64,000 nucleotides of DNA. Source: Takakia lepidozioides. Its lineage: Eukaryota; Plantae; Bryophyta. The notes beneath the pieces are model-generated. The model saw nothing but the letters and a program-made list of their open reading frames with translations. It ran no database searches and was not told the DNA's origin. The stretch spans positions 46,128,001 through 46,192,000 of the forward strand of contig CM060731.1 in the NCBI GenBank assembly GCA_030704615.1, in the 5' to 3' direction. Positions 25,101 through 38,199 of this stretch are shown here, one piece after another (the stretch's first letter is position 1; every line of letters begins with the position of its first letter). The position numbers and the translations under genes are program-made.

Positions 25101-26283
25101 AACTCTCTCTCTATCATTATCTCCAAACGTTGTAGTGAACTCGGACATAAATGCTTCAAAATTATATAGTAAATGCGAATTTTTTTCTAATAGCGGTGCA
25201 AACCAAGGTAGGGCAGTGCCTGATAGAAGGGTGCCAACGAATCCCACTTGAATACCTTCATCGGGGTAGCGTTGTGGATGTAGTCGTAGGAACAGTCGTA
25301 CTTGTTAGACAAAACCGCGAAATCTTGATCTCGTACTACAACAGCTCCTACTGCAACAGTTCATTTTCAACAGATTACGAGAGAACCAAAGATCAGCATG
25401 CCCGAGAAATTTGATGGTTGAAGATCGATTGTTCGACTCCTTTAACTCTGAAATTTGTTATTGCAAATCGTGGAGAACGTTGCCAAGATCTTGAGACTGA
25501 TCAGCTTGCAATTGGGCAGTAGAGGTACAAAGTTCTTACATCTGGAGCTGAAAACTCTGCAATATGGCGACCATTTCCGCAAATGTGCCTTCCATCTTAA
25601 TTAACTAAGGAACAAACTTTAGTCTCACCAAACTGTCAAGGATGAGAACGTGACTGAACACAAACAAGAGATCAGACTAGAGGTACAATACTAGACAATA
25701 AGTCAAGGTCGGCATGGCCGAATGCATGGGGGTAAACATGAATCAAGATGATCTTTATAACAATGGACAAGAGTACAAGATACTGGAACTTGACTCGAAT
25801 ACTGGAATGTTGGAAACTGGACTGGGGTACCAGATACTGGAAACTGGATGAGAGTATTGGAAGCTGGACTGGAGTACTGGGACTGGGAACAAGAGTAGAA
25901 TGAACTTGTGTTGGAGAGACTGAAGAGTGTCCAATCTCGCCTCCTATATATACTAGCTACTAAGAAGTTCCCTCAGAAGCTTCCCTTATAGAGGTTTCTT
26001 TGATGGAGAAGTTTCTAAAATTAAACAAATGTTTCTTAATGAAAAAGTTTTCTTAAACAAAGGAAGTATATTGATGGAGAAGTTTCTTCCAAATGAAGCT
26101 TCCTCAATAGTTTCCCAAGTTACTCTTGGTAATTTGATAAACTCTCGGTAACTTGGTAATTAATGGTAAAACATGATAGATTATGATAAATCACGGTAAG
26201 TCATGGTAACTTCCGGTAACATGATAACTTGATAACTTCTGGTATTTATTCCTGGTAAGTTCCTCTGGGCTATGTCCGTGACA
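22181..26283 (-). mobile_element. Ty3/Gypsy (Tcn1-like) remnant: 5' LTR, gag, protease, RNase H C-part, integrase; RT deleted, 3' end lost
   Basis: LTR 25634-26283. Gag LLSGTALPWF..FRYGL, MQID, CLYCGEEDH. ALLDSGA protease is fused to NYEIHDKELLAI. YTDHKNL, VSMDFI, VSDRGPQF, HPQTDGQIER. Confidence 0.9.
24182..24801. mobile_element. ~620-bp non-autonomous CACTA-like insertion in the Gypsy gag
   Basis: Ends cactgaca..aaaatga and (reverse complement) cactaaca..aaaatga. Flanks tac/tgc would be a 3-bp TSD with one mismatch. Interrupts gag. Confidence 0.55.
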
Positions 26284-26867
26284 TAGGGTGTCATAGTGCC
26301 ACGTCATTGTCGCCACGTTTCGTAGCCACCTGTCATTGCCATCTGTCGTCGCCACGTTTCGTATATTGTCAATTTCTTTCTATCTGCCCGGATTGCCCGA
26401 AAAATCCCAAATAAGTTATTGAACGGTACTTCGTCGAGACTGACCTTTTCTTCTCTGCTTCTGTTTGATGTTCAAAGAAAGGAGAGAGAGAGCGCAATGG
26501 CTACATAGAATGATAAGGCCTGGCATTTAGAACAGGTTTAGATAGGTTTGGCTTGACGAGGCAATCTATAATATACAGCCATGAAGTGTCAAGAAGGGTT
26601 AGAAAGAGCTCGACTGTGCAGATGACATTTCTTCAAATGACGCATCCAGGAGAGCGTTATCCAGTGAGAATCCCAGGAAAAAAGCTGAGCATATTTCAAA
26701 AGTTCTTGAAAGAACCCTTTGTGTGCCAAGACCAAGAGGGATTGATTTATAATTGTCGGAGGGTGAGTATAGAACATTTCGTTTAGCAAACGGGATTGCT
26801 TTAGGATTATTGTTGGCTGGTGTTGGAGTCCAATGTGGGCTATTGGCTCCTGTTAGTACCATGATTT

Positions 26868-27475
26868 GGTATTATTCCTGATGTTTACAAGGTTCTTGCG
26901 AGAGTCAGCTTGGTCTTGCCAGGCCATGTTTCAATCTCTGCCTACTTAGCTGCACCGTGGTGGTTCTCACAAACCGATCCGACATTACCTGACTACGGAC
27001 ACAAGCAGCACACACAAGAGGTCCTTTTGGGTTGATGGTCTCCATGGGTCATGACACAACGTCAAGGACAATGTGGTGAGGGCACCTTCTTCTTCAACTT
27101 ATTTCCGCCTGTTTTGCCCTCTCATCAGACTCGGCCCTGAGATGCATATTGAATTCTGTAAGTTAGCTCGTTGGGTGGATCTGAGGTGGTTTGGAGTGAC
27201 TTGGACAAGTTACTGCCGATGTGGCAGCAGGAAAGTATCCAGAAACAGATAACAGAGATGAGGAGAAGCTTTGGAATGAACACTTTTCCGACATCAGTCA
27301 ATGGTAGGACGATGGAGACAAAAAAGTGAATGCCTGTTGGACTACAGAGAGAAGCAGATGCAATTCAAATTACCTATGATTCCCTGTGGATCAATAGCTA
27401 CAGAAACCTACATTGGTAGATGGTCAACTAAAAGCAGCAGCTGCAGCGGCGCAATTGATAATACAGGCACCTGAC
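26868..27475 (+). repeat. Recurrent cargo module (probably fragments of an unidentified host gene), copy 1
   Basis: Repeated directly at ~55455-56155 and in inverted pieces at ~50575-50730, ~50880-51140 and ~48360-48470. Confidence 0.85.
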
Positions 27476-27784
27476 AGAATTGCATTGTGGGTTGTGGGTT
27501 AACGTCGTGGGCTGTGCATCAAGGCTGCAGGCAGACACCCACACTCTCCCAGCGACCAATTCTGCGACATGTCTTGGGCTGGACATGTGGGCTGTGTTCT
27601 TAGTAGGGGGTATGAGGAGGGAATGAGCAGTGGGGGAGCTGAGAGGCGCTGATCCGGGTCGCCTGATGAGCTAATTCTTCCCAATGCCAGCGGCATTGAC
27701 AAGTTTGGCAAGATCTGGAGGTTTCAGGCTTTTGGAGCAGTTTGTAAAGGAAGAATTGTATTGGGTTGGAGAGGGGGAGGCATT

Positions 27785-28245
27785 ATGTGGCACCTCAAGC
27801 AGTTTATTGCCAAAGAGCAAGGGACCTTGGAGGGGAAGTCGGTGGACGTCGGATCCCTGAAGCTGCAAGTGCGAAGCATTATAGCTCAGGGTGGATTCTC
27901 CTGTGTGTATCTAGCCAGAGATGCACAATCAGGGAGAAACTATGCATTGAGGCACATTATATGTAATGATATGAAGTCCGTGGATCTGGTGAAAAAAGAA
28001 GTTGCAGTGATGAAGGTGTTGCGAGGCCATCCAAACATCGTGACGCTGCATGCCCAGGTCGTTTATGATATGGGACGGACCAAAGAATGCTTCCTCGTCA
28101 TGGATTTATGTGACAAGATGCTTGTAAGTGTGCTGGACGACAGAGGGGTTGACTTCCTCGAGGAGAAACAGTTGCTTCTCATGTTCCGGGAAATTTGTAA
28201 TGTTGTGTATGCTATGCATTGTCAATCGCCTCCAATAGCTCACAG
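27785..28245 (+). pseudogene. Isolated first exon of a NAK-family (AAK1/BIKE-like) Ser/Thr kinase
   Basis: MWHLKQF..IAQGGFSCVYLA..YALRH..GHPNIVTL..AMHCQSPPIAHR, ending at AG|GT. No downstream kinase exons. The catalytic Lys position reads R. Confidence 0.85.
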
Positions 28246-28516
28246 GTTGACGACTCACCTTTTCGCTGTTCTGCATTGTTGCTTCTCTGTTGGGTTGGTG
28301 GCAATGGATCACTGCGGGTGATGTCTTGCAGAAAAATCGTCAAACAAATCCATGACCAATCTTCCCTTTCAATTCAGTTGTTTGCTGAACACCGTCAGCT
28401 ACGAAGAGTTTTCTGAAGTTGAATAGCTGTAATTGACGATGGCAGGAACAAAAGCAAAAAAAAATGGTGCTAGCTTGTTTGACCGCCACATCTCTTTTTC
28501 CTCTGCAGAGTTTGCC

Positions 28517-29947
28517 ATGACCACAGCTTCGGAAAGAGGATCAAGAGAAGGAGTCCACAATGCCTCTTCTGGCACTTCTAGGGCATGTGAAGATACTTTG
28601 TGCGGCAGGCAGACTGACAGAGGCTCTACAGACTTTAAACCAAGGAGGCATTTCAGCAGATTCAGATACGTATGTCTGTCTCTTGCTTAAGTGCATCAAG
28701 ATGGATGGTCTGGAAGCTGGAAAGCAGGTGCACACCACATTATCCTAAGTGGATTCACGCCAAATGTTTTTCTACTCAACACCCTTGTCAACATGTATGT
28801 TAAGTGCGGGAGCAGCATGCTCACCAAGTGTTCAACAGAATGCCTCAACATCTTTGATCACGTGGAATATAATGTTGGCAGGATTTACCAAGCATGGGTA
28901 TGGTAGGAATGCTTTGGACATCTATGAGCAAATGTTGCGTGAAGGGGTGAAGCCCAACCACGTCACATTTGTTTGTATTTGCAATGCGTGTGCAAACCTG
29001 GGAGCTCTGGAAAAGCGGAGAGAGGTCCATGGTGACATCACCAAAGCTGGAATTGTACCAGATGTGATTCTGAACAATGCCCTCGTGGACATGTATGCAA
29101 AATGTGGGAGCATTGAGGATGCGGAGGGAGTGTTCAACACTATGGCTGAACAAGATGTGGCACGGGTTGGAGTGGACACATTGTCACGTGCAGCACAGGC
29201 TGTTTCTGTGGAGCGACGGACTGAACACCACATCAAGTGTTTGACAAGATGGCTGAACAAGATGTGGTCTCACGGAGCACAATAATTGTAGGATATGCAC
29301 AACATGGGAGTGGCAGGGAGGTGTTTGAGATGTATGAGCAAATGATTAAAAAATGTGTGACACCCAACAAGGTCACATTTGTTTGTCTTCTCACCGCATG
29401 TGCCAACTTGGCAGCCCTGGAAAAAGGCAAAGAGGTTCATGCTGACATAATCAAAGCTGGAATTGCACGAGATATCATTTTGGAGACAACCCTCATTGAC
29501 ATGTATGTCAGATGCGTGCAGGATAATGAAGGATGTCCGTGAAGTGTTTGACAAAATGGACAAAATGGACATCACGTTTGTGTGTGATTGCAATGCTTGT
29601 GCAAGTCTGGCAGCCCTGGAAAAGGGCAAAGACGTGATCAAATGATGGGGGAAGGGGTGAAGCCCAACCACACCACGTTTGTGTGTGCATTTGCAATGCA
29701 TGTGCAAGCCTGGCAGCCCTGGAAAATGGCAAAGAGGTGCATGGTGACATCGCGAAAGCTGGAATTGTACCATATGTCATTCTGAACAATACCCTCATGG
29801 ACATGTATGCCAATTAATGTGGGAGGCATTTCAGGAGATTCAGATACGTTTGCTTGTCTCTTGCTTAAGTGCATCAAGATGAAAGGTCTGGAAGCTGGAA
29901 AGCCGGTGCACACTCACATTATGTAAAGTGGATTCATGCCAAGGATG
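28517..29947 (+). pseudogene. Scrambled PLS-PPR pseudogene array, left part
   Basis: MTTASERGSREG N-terminus, GRLTEALQTL, repeated LEKGKEVHGDI / [16 protein letters not shown] pieces with frameshifts and deletions. Confidence 0.9.
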
Positions 29948-30297
29948 TGTCAAGTTAAATAAACACGGTGTGAAACTAACTAGAATAAAGCTAGTTATTT
30001 GTATTTAACACTTGGATTTAGTTCAAGTGTTAAGTCAGGTGTCAAGTTTAGCTTGACACCTGAACCATCTTATATTCACGAGAGCGTCAGTCGTGCGGCT
30101 CATCTCTCTCGAGTTGAGCCTGCACGACCGAGCTCCTTCACTGCTTAGATTCTAAGTGTGCTTATGAAGGGAGAATAGGATGTTGTGGGGTGGAGTCCCC
30201 ATAGCTTGCGGTGCCCCTGGCTCGACTCGTAGTTTTAATGAGTGATTGTGTTGTATTGAGTGTTTTTGTGTGTCATAGTGTGATTTTAGTTTCAATC
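29948..30297 (+). repeat. Terminal repeat A1 (350 bp) with tandem hairpins
   Basis: Roughly 96% identical by eye to the reverse complement of 45459-45808. Stems aactag/ctagtt, ttaacacttg/caagtgttaa, tcaggtgtcaag/cttgacacctga, gtcgtgc/gcacgac. Confidence 0.9.
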
Positions 30298-30411
30298 ACT
30301 CGAGAGAGATGACTTGCATTTGTGAGTGCCAGAGGTGAGTTTAGTTTTAGCACTTGTGGGTTTTTGTTTGAAAGTGAGAGAAGAAAATTATGGTGGTTTG
30401 TAGATTATGTT

Positions 30412-33400
30412 TGTCGCGGCCCTTTGCCTTGAGGGCAGGGGGGTCGGGACACATGAGGGGCTGCCCCTGTGGTGGGGGCAGTGGCAGCGATAGGTACGGG
30501 GGGCTGAAGCACCCTTGAGTGCCCAAAGCACTCAAGGAGGCGGAGGTGCTCACTAGGTGGAGCCCCGCACACCGGGATGCGGTAGGGGTGGCTTCACAAA
30601 GGGGTGGTGGTAGCTTAGCGGGACTTAGTGGGGGTGGCATAGGACTCACCATGGGGGCGGAGACCTCGTGGTGGGAGTCGTGGGGAGTCTTGGGACTCAT
30701 CACGGTCCATAGGGGCCGTGGTGAGTGGGCCAAGACTCACCGCGACTCATCACCGGGAGTCGAGGGTTTTCGTGGTGGTTCGCCATAAAATGGCATGGCT
30801 GGTTGTGAAACCCCCGCGGACAGCTACAGAAGTATATATAGGGAGTAGTAACCCCGAGAACGGTGCAAGCCCGTTGGTGACCAAAAACTAGTGAGTAAGC
30901 GAGCGAGCCGGAAAGCGACCAAAGAGTGGGGAGCTGTTCCGGACTGCCAACTACCAAAGGGAATTCCTGCTGGGCCCAAATCGGTGGAGGGTTCTTTGGG
31001 AGATCAAAGGGGGACCGTTATGCCCCGGTGAGCAGCCGAAGCTCCAAGTTGGCCCGTCGGCCAGGTTGGGAGTTAGGCGCGCGCATCAAGCGAGTAACTA
31101 TGACTTGAAGGGGAGCTTACCGAAGTGAGGTGCGCGACACTTGGTATCAGAGCTTAGAGTTCAGTAAGTGATCGTCCTTGGGAATGGCCTCATCATGGGG
31201 TCGGGCAAGCCAAAGCGAAAGCGGAACGGCCCAAAAGATGATGATCCTGGTGAGCCCGATGGGGGCGACGTTCACCGATGCGGCCGTTTGAGGAAGCGAT
31301 GCATGTTTTCCGAAAAGAGGCCGCTCAAGAGCGGGAGGAATCCGAGGATTCGGAGCCCGAGGAATCCCTGAAGCTGCCGACCGACCAACAGATGTCTCCC
31401 ATGCCGGCAAGCCTTTTGGGAAGGGTTGTTGGCGCAGTTTTGGCGGGATGCTGAAAGACGTGTTGCAGGCGGCTAATGCCACTTCCACTAAGGCAATTTA
31501 GGTGAAGCCTAACAAAACCCGGCACCTTCGAGGGCATCCAAAATCGGAAGGCACTCCACTGGCTCCTGGAGCTAGAGCAGTACTTCCGGGCTGCCAAGTT
31601 GAGTGACGAGGACGGGTGGAAGTGGCTCCCACCTATTTGAGAGGCTATGCTCAACAATGTGGCAGAAACGCCTTCACGACCGAGGTCCAAGCCCGGAAAC
31701 CTTGAACTGGAGTGGGTTCAAGGAATTGATGAAGAGACAGTTTGTGCCCCTCAATGCGTCCTGGCTTGCCCGGGACAAGATGAGGAATTTGAAGCAAACA
31801 GATGACATTCGGGGATGTCCAGGCTTTCAATGTGCTTTTGCTTGAAGTCGCGGACATGGCAGAACCGAAATGGTCTTCAACTTTGTGGCGGGACTGGCCC
31901 ATGGGCCAGGCGGAAGTTGGAGGAGAAGCCACCTAAGACTTTGAACGAGGCAATTGAGAGGGCTGAATTTTCTCTCGGATATCCCTAGGGGTGAAAGACA
32001 AGGTCGTACGGAGCTGAACCACAAGAAGACCCGGCGGGAAGGTGACTCCTTCCGACCGGAAAAGAAGTGGGATAGGCCACGCGGCGACAATGGCACGTGG
32101 AAATCGAAGGGAGGGCCATCACAAGTCAAGGCGGCACCCGGTGCTTCGAAAGGAAAAGCGGGTGGAGCGGCCTATGGCGGATAGAAGGCAACCTTTGATG
32201 GAGTGTGTTTCAATGCGGGGAGCCCGGGCACATGGCCAAGAAGTGCACGAAGCCCCGGCAATTGAACATGACTCGGGCGACCACAGAGCTGTCGGAAGAT
32301 ACCATCAGTCGCTTGGTGGAAGCGGTGGTCGCCAGGACTTGCAAGGTAGGCAAATTTTCTTGTGAGTTGTATCAGAAAACTGGCGCCCGCCTTAACGTAA
32401 AGGGAGTCAGTTATTGTTCGTGGATGGGATATATCCGGAACTACGTGTCGTTGTTGGTGGACACAGGAGCGTCGCACTCCTTCTGACACCCCGGCAACGG
32501 CAACAAAATTTGGACTTCCCGACAAGTGACGTGGGGGCCTCTATTGAGGTGCGTTCTGCCAAGGAAACCACAATTGGCGACGATGTTGGCGTTTGATGTT
32601 CCTCTTCAACTGGGGAGTTGGGAGGGACGTGAGAACTTCACCATCTGCGAGATCGATGGAGTGGATCTCATTTTGGGGATGACCTTTTTGGAGCAAATCC
32701 GGAGCGTCATAGATGGCCGCAAGAGAGTAGTCACGCTGCCATGTGGGAATGGTGGCGAGTCTTACGAGTGTCGGAAATGCCCAAACCCGTGGGAGGGCGA
32801 TAAACCTTCTGTCAGCAAGGGAGTGGGCCGTGGAGGAGGCACATGAGCCCCAGTTTTTGCTCTACATTAGAGAAGTGAAGGGAGAAGGCGATGGGGAGCC
32901 GAGCCCAGATTGGATCAAGGGATTTTGGAGAAATACCAGGATGTGATGCCAGAGGATTTACCAAGCGGTTTGCCACCGCGAAGAGGAGTTGACCACAAGA
33001 TTGAGGTGATACCGGGATCGGAACCGCCTGCCAAGGCGCCCTACCGTTGAGCCACAGAGAGTTGGTCGAGCTGAAGACTCAGCTCAAAGATCTAATGTCA
33101 AAGGGTACATCCGGTCGAGTAAGTCACCTTACGGAGCCCCGCGCTATTTGCAGATAAAAAGGATGGGACGCTGCGGATGTGTGTCGATTACAGGGCTCTG
33201 AATAAGGTGACTATAAAAAACCGGTACCCTTTGCCAAGGATCGACGACCTCTTCGATCGGTTGGCAGGAGCGAGTATTTCATTTCATTTTCAGCCAGATC
33301 ACTTGCGCTCCGGCTATCATCAAATTCGGGTGGCGGAAGGAGATGAGGAGAAGACCGCGTGCAGGACAAGGTATGGTTCATATGAGTTCTTGGTGATGCC

Positions 33401-36400
33401 TTTTTGGGCTCACCAATGCACCAGCGACATTTAGCACGCTGATGAACAGCCTTTTTTCAGGAGTGTTTGATGACTTTGTGATCGTGTACATCGACGACAT
33501 CTGGTGTACTCGAAAACAAAGGAGGAGCACCTAGAACACCTGAAAAGGGTGTTTCCAAAAATTGCGAGAAGGAAGTTGTATGCCAAAGCTGTTCAAAGTG
33601 CAAATTCGGGTCACAAAGTGGAGTTCTTGGGGCATGTGATTACACAGGATGGGATCAGAATGGATGACAGGAAGGTGAGGGCAATCTTGGACTGGGAGCC
33701 TCTGACTATCGGTCCCGGGAGTGCGATCCTTCCTAGGACTCGCCTCCTATTACCGGAAGTATGTGAGAAATTTCACCAAGATCGCGGGGCCGCTGTCGGA
33801 CCTTCTGTGTAAATCCAAAGTCTGGGCATGGAACACCTTTTGTGGCCAAGCTTTTGCTAATTGAAGCAGCGGGATGGCGGAAGCTCCAGTCTTGAAAATC
33901 CCGGAGTTCGATCGTCCGTTCGAGATACATACAGATGTTCGGACTTCGCGATTGGGGGTGTACTGATGCAAGATAGACGTCCAGTGGCTTACGAAAGTAA
34001 GAAACTGAATGAAGTGGAGCGACGGTGGCCGACGCACGAGAAAGAGATGAAGGCGGTGGTGCACTGTCTTGAGCTTTGGCGCCACTATGTTGGTTCCAAC
34101 CCAGTGAAGGTGTTCACGGACAATGTCACGGTGAAGTATTTTGCCACACAGCCCAAGTTGTCCCCAAAACAACTTAGGTGGCAAGATACTTTGGCGGTGT
34201 TCAACGTGGATATCCAATACAAACCGGGACGAGACAACGTGGTGGCCGATGCTTTAAGTAGAAAGCAGCAGCTCTTGTTGGTGTACAAGGGCGAGACGGC
34301 GCTCCAAAGGAAGATCCGGAAGGCTTGCCGGAACGATGAACTGGCGAAGTCCGTGATGCAGGACTTGAGGATGGGGGTTAAATCGCAGTTCCACTTGCAA
34401 AATGGGTTGCTCCGGTATAAGCAAAAGCGTCTCTACGTGCCGAGGGAGGGATCAGAGATAGCCTCTTGAGAGAATGCCATGATAGCCCGCTTGCGGGCCA
34501 CGGCGGAGCCAAGCGCACTGCGGCACTCTTGAAGAAAGAGTATTTCTGGCCCAAACTGAGGGAGGAGGCAGAGGAGTATGTCAAGACATGCACCACATGC
34601 CAACAAACCGGAGCGAGTACAAAAAGCAAGTGGGGCTGTTACAACCCTTGCCGATTCCAGAGGGGACTTGGGAAAGCGTCTCGATGGATTTCATGACTGC
34701 TATGCCGCTGTCAAAAGGATTCGATGCAATCATGGTGGTGGTGGATAGGTTCAGTAAAATGGGTCATTTCATCCCCACCAAGGAGACGGCAATGGCGCAG
34801 GAAACAGGGCGACTTTACTTCGCCCACGTCTTAAAGCATCATGGAGTCCCGAAGGATATTGTCTCGGACCGCGATCCAAAGTTTACGAGTAAATTTTGGA
34901 GGGCACTTTGGAAGAAAATGGGGACGAGGCTGAAGATGAGCACCGCCTTCCGACCTACGACCGACGGCCAAACAGAAAGAGTGAATTCTGTAGTGAAGCA
35001 GATCTTGCGGAATTACGTGTCGGCAGACCAAAACGACTGGGTGGAACACTTAGACGCGGCATAGTTCTGTTATAATAACCCGCAACGGGAGTTTCCCCTT
35101 TCGTATTGGTCTATGGAAAAGCACCTCTGGTGCCGACAAGTTGGGCCGCCCAGGACGTTGAGGAACCGGCAGTAGCGGCGGTACTGGAAGAACGCGAGCG
35201 TTTGTTGAAGCTCGCAAAGTACAACATTGCCAAAGCTAGGAAACGGTATGAAAGGCAGGCGAATCGGAAGCGGAGGGAAGTGAAGTTTGAGGCAGGCACG
35301 GAGGTCTGGTTGAACATCAAGAATTTCCGACTACCTCCGGAAGTGAGTCCAAAGTTCGTACCTCCGTATGCGGGACCCTTTCGCATCCGGAAGGTTATGA
35401 ATGAGGATGTGTATGAATTGGAGCTGCCGGCAAACAGCAAGGTGCATCCAGTATTCCACGTCTCCCTTTTGAAGCCTTACTTCAAAGATGAAGCGCGTCC
35501 GAATCGGCATCAAGTGTTGTGTCCGCCACCTGTGCTGTTGGATCATGAAATGAACCTGAGTACGAGGTGGAGGCAGTACTTAAGTCGAGGAGGTTCAAGA
35601 ACCGAGAAACGGAGTATCTCGTCAAATGGAAGGGCTATCATCATGTGGAGGCATCTTGGTGCGTGCCTCAGAAATGGGAAACGCATCCGAGGCGGTTGCA
35701 GTTTTTGAAGGGCGACCTCAAAAGCGGAAGAAGCGTTGATGGGGACATCAACCTTGGAGCGTGGGGGAGGAAATGCATGCTTAGCCCGGCTTAGCTAGCT
35801 CAGGAATCCGATTGCAAAAACTTGTATTGTACAAAAATTTGTTATAAAGGAAATGGGTTCCAAATGTTGTGCGTCCTATTTTGTGTTGGAATGGTGATGC
35901 ATGGTGTGGTTTGGCTAGTGTGTAGAATGCATGCTAGCTTACAAAAGTGGGAGAGTAAATTGGGTTAATCGTGTGTTTGCGCAGTGCCGAAATCGGGTGA
36001 CTCCCATCCTAGGGGCAAGGAAACATGCGCCTTCTTTGGGAGTTCACGTGCTAGTGCGCACCTGGCGCGTGCACGTACTATAACTGCGCTACCGAGGTGG
36101 TTGCCTTGTAGTGCGGGCTAACGCGGAAGCTACGTGCTTCCATTCACGTACTACAATCGTGTAGCCTCGGGACGAAGTCGGAGTGCGGCTTCGACGTGTT
36201 CCCGTACCCAGGCCAGCATTCCAAGACGGACCCAATTGTAGTGATTGGGGCGCACGGTTGGTTCAAGGTTATCTTCCTAGTCAAAGGGGTTCAAGGTGAA
36301 CCCTTGCGCAAGGTGATGCCAAAGGCGGCATCATGAGCGATCACAAGCAATGTTGTTGCAGTAAGGCGATTCGATCCTCGGGGAGGATCATTCCTTGGCC

Positions 36401-37369
36401 TTGAAGTAGGCCAAGAAGAGTGCACTGGGAGGAGCTTGAGAGGCTCCACCCCTAGCCGGGACTTGGAGAAAGTCGGCCAAACTAGCTAGTGGAGAGTAGA
36501 GTCAAGTGTGGGGTTTGGTTCTTTGCCTTGGGACGCCATGGTACGGAAACAAACTCCTTGATGTGGGACGCCACAACTTGGATGTTCGTTTCTACAAAAT
36601 GGACAAGTCGATGAGGACATCGACTCCTTGTTGGTAGGGGTGTGTGTCGCGGCCCTTTGCCTTGAGGGCAGGGGGTCGGGACACATGAGGGGCTGCCCCT
36701 GTGGTGGGGGCAGTGGCAGCGATAGGTACGGGGGGCTGAAGCACCCTTGAGTGCCCAAAGCACTCAAGGAGGCGGAGGTGCTCACTAGGTGGAGCCCCGC
36801 ACACCGGGATGCGGTGGGGTGGCTTCACAAGGGGTGGTGGTAGCTTAGCGGGACTTAGTGGGGGTGGATAGGACTCACCATGGGGGCGGAGACCTTGTGG
36901 TGGGAGTCGTGGGGAGTCTTGGGACTCATCACGGTCCATAGGGGCCGTGGTGAGTGGGCCAAGACTCACCGCAACTCATCACCGGGAGTCGAGGGTTTTC
37001 GTGGTGGTTCGCCATAAAATGGCATGGCTGGTTGTGAAACCCCCGCGGACAGCTACAGAAGTATATATAGGGAGTAGTAACCCCGAGAACGGTGCAAGCC
37101 CGTTGGTGACCAAAAACTAGTGAGTAAGCGAGCGAGCCGGAAAGCGACCAAAGAGTGGGGAGCTGTTCCGGACTGCCAACTACCAAAGGGAATTCCCGCT
37201 GGGCCCAAATCGGTGGAGGGTTCTTTGGGAGATCAAAGGGGGACCGTTATGCCCCGGTGAGCAGCCGAAGCTCCAAGTTGGCCCGGCGGCCAGGTTGGGA
37301 GTTAGGCGCGCGCATCAAAGCGAGTAACTATGACTTGAAGGGGAGCTTACCGAAGTGAGGTGCGCGACA
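30412..37369 (+). mobile_element. Full-length chromodomain Ty3/Gypsy (Galadriel-like); gag-PR-RT-RH-INT-chromo, heavily frameshifted
   Basis: LTRs 30412-31139 and 36645-37369 nearly identical; TSD atgtt; PBS tggtatcagagc. Motifs [44 protein letters not shown]. Confidence 0.95.
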
Positions 37370-38199
37370 ATGTTTGTGACAAGGCTGGTGGAGCAGCAGG
37401 ATGATGCGCAAATGTAAGGAAGAATAGGCTGTTGATTTTTTTTTCCTATTATGGGTGGTGTCGAGCTCGGTTTCTGAGGAGCGTAGAGGGTTGTCGTAGA
37501 ATCTGGTATTCATGTCGGCTCCACAAGCTTGGCATCTCGTGCTATACCGGCGCTCGACGGACAGGGCCTCGTTCGGTGGTCCAAGGTTGCGATTGTTGCT
37601 TTGAGCATGTGTTGAAGTTGGGTGGTAGGGGAACTACTTGTTTGCAGGCAGAGAAGCATCTCTCCAGGAGGAGGCTCTTTCCGGAGTCTCGGAAGTGAGT
37701 CCTTATTTGGTGCTTTGTCGAAGTTTCCTGCCTCAGCCATGCTCTCGAGTGTTGTTTGTGTCCATTAGAGCATGAGTCTCTGTGTCCCAGACTTGGATAG
37801 GCACGCCGTTGGACTGGATGCAGCCTTACCAGCGAGTAATTTCGTTCGCTCAGTGAAAGGAAAGTGGGAACCAGTGCATCGAAGCCGGGGTCACTGTCCA
37901 GATTTGCCGATCGTGCCGGACAATGAATTCGTGGATTGGCCCTGGACTGAGCATGCGCACATAGCAATGCAGGGCCATCGCATCAAAGGCACTAAGCCCC
38001 AGTGGCGCCAGAACTCTAATCCCCACTGGGGCAACAGGCAAGAGACTGACGAAGTAAGATATGCAAGCTAAGAAGTTGAAGGTGGGAGCTAAAATCTTTG
38101 TCTACTGGCCGGAAGACAACCTGTATGGACACTCCCATTTTGCTGGGGGGATAGCTGCAGAAAGGGGAAATCTACCTATCTAGACCTAGTTTTAGTTTT

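Noticed and set aside
37400-38100. Possible antisense ORF in the element leader
   Set aside because: Fragments lie in three different frames with no recognisable motif.
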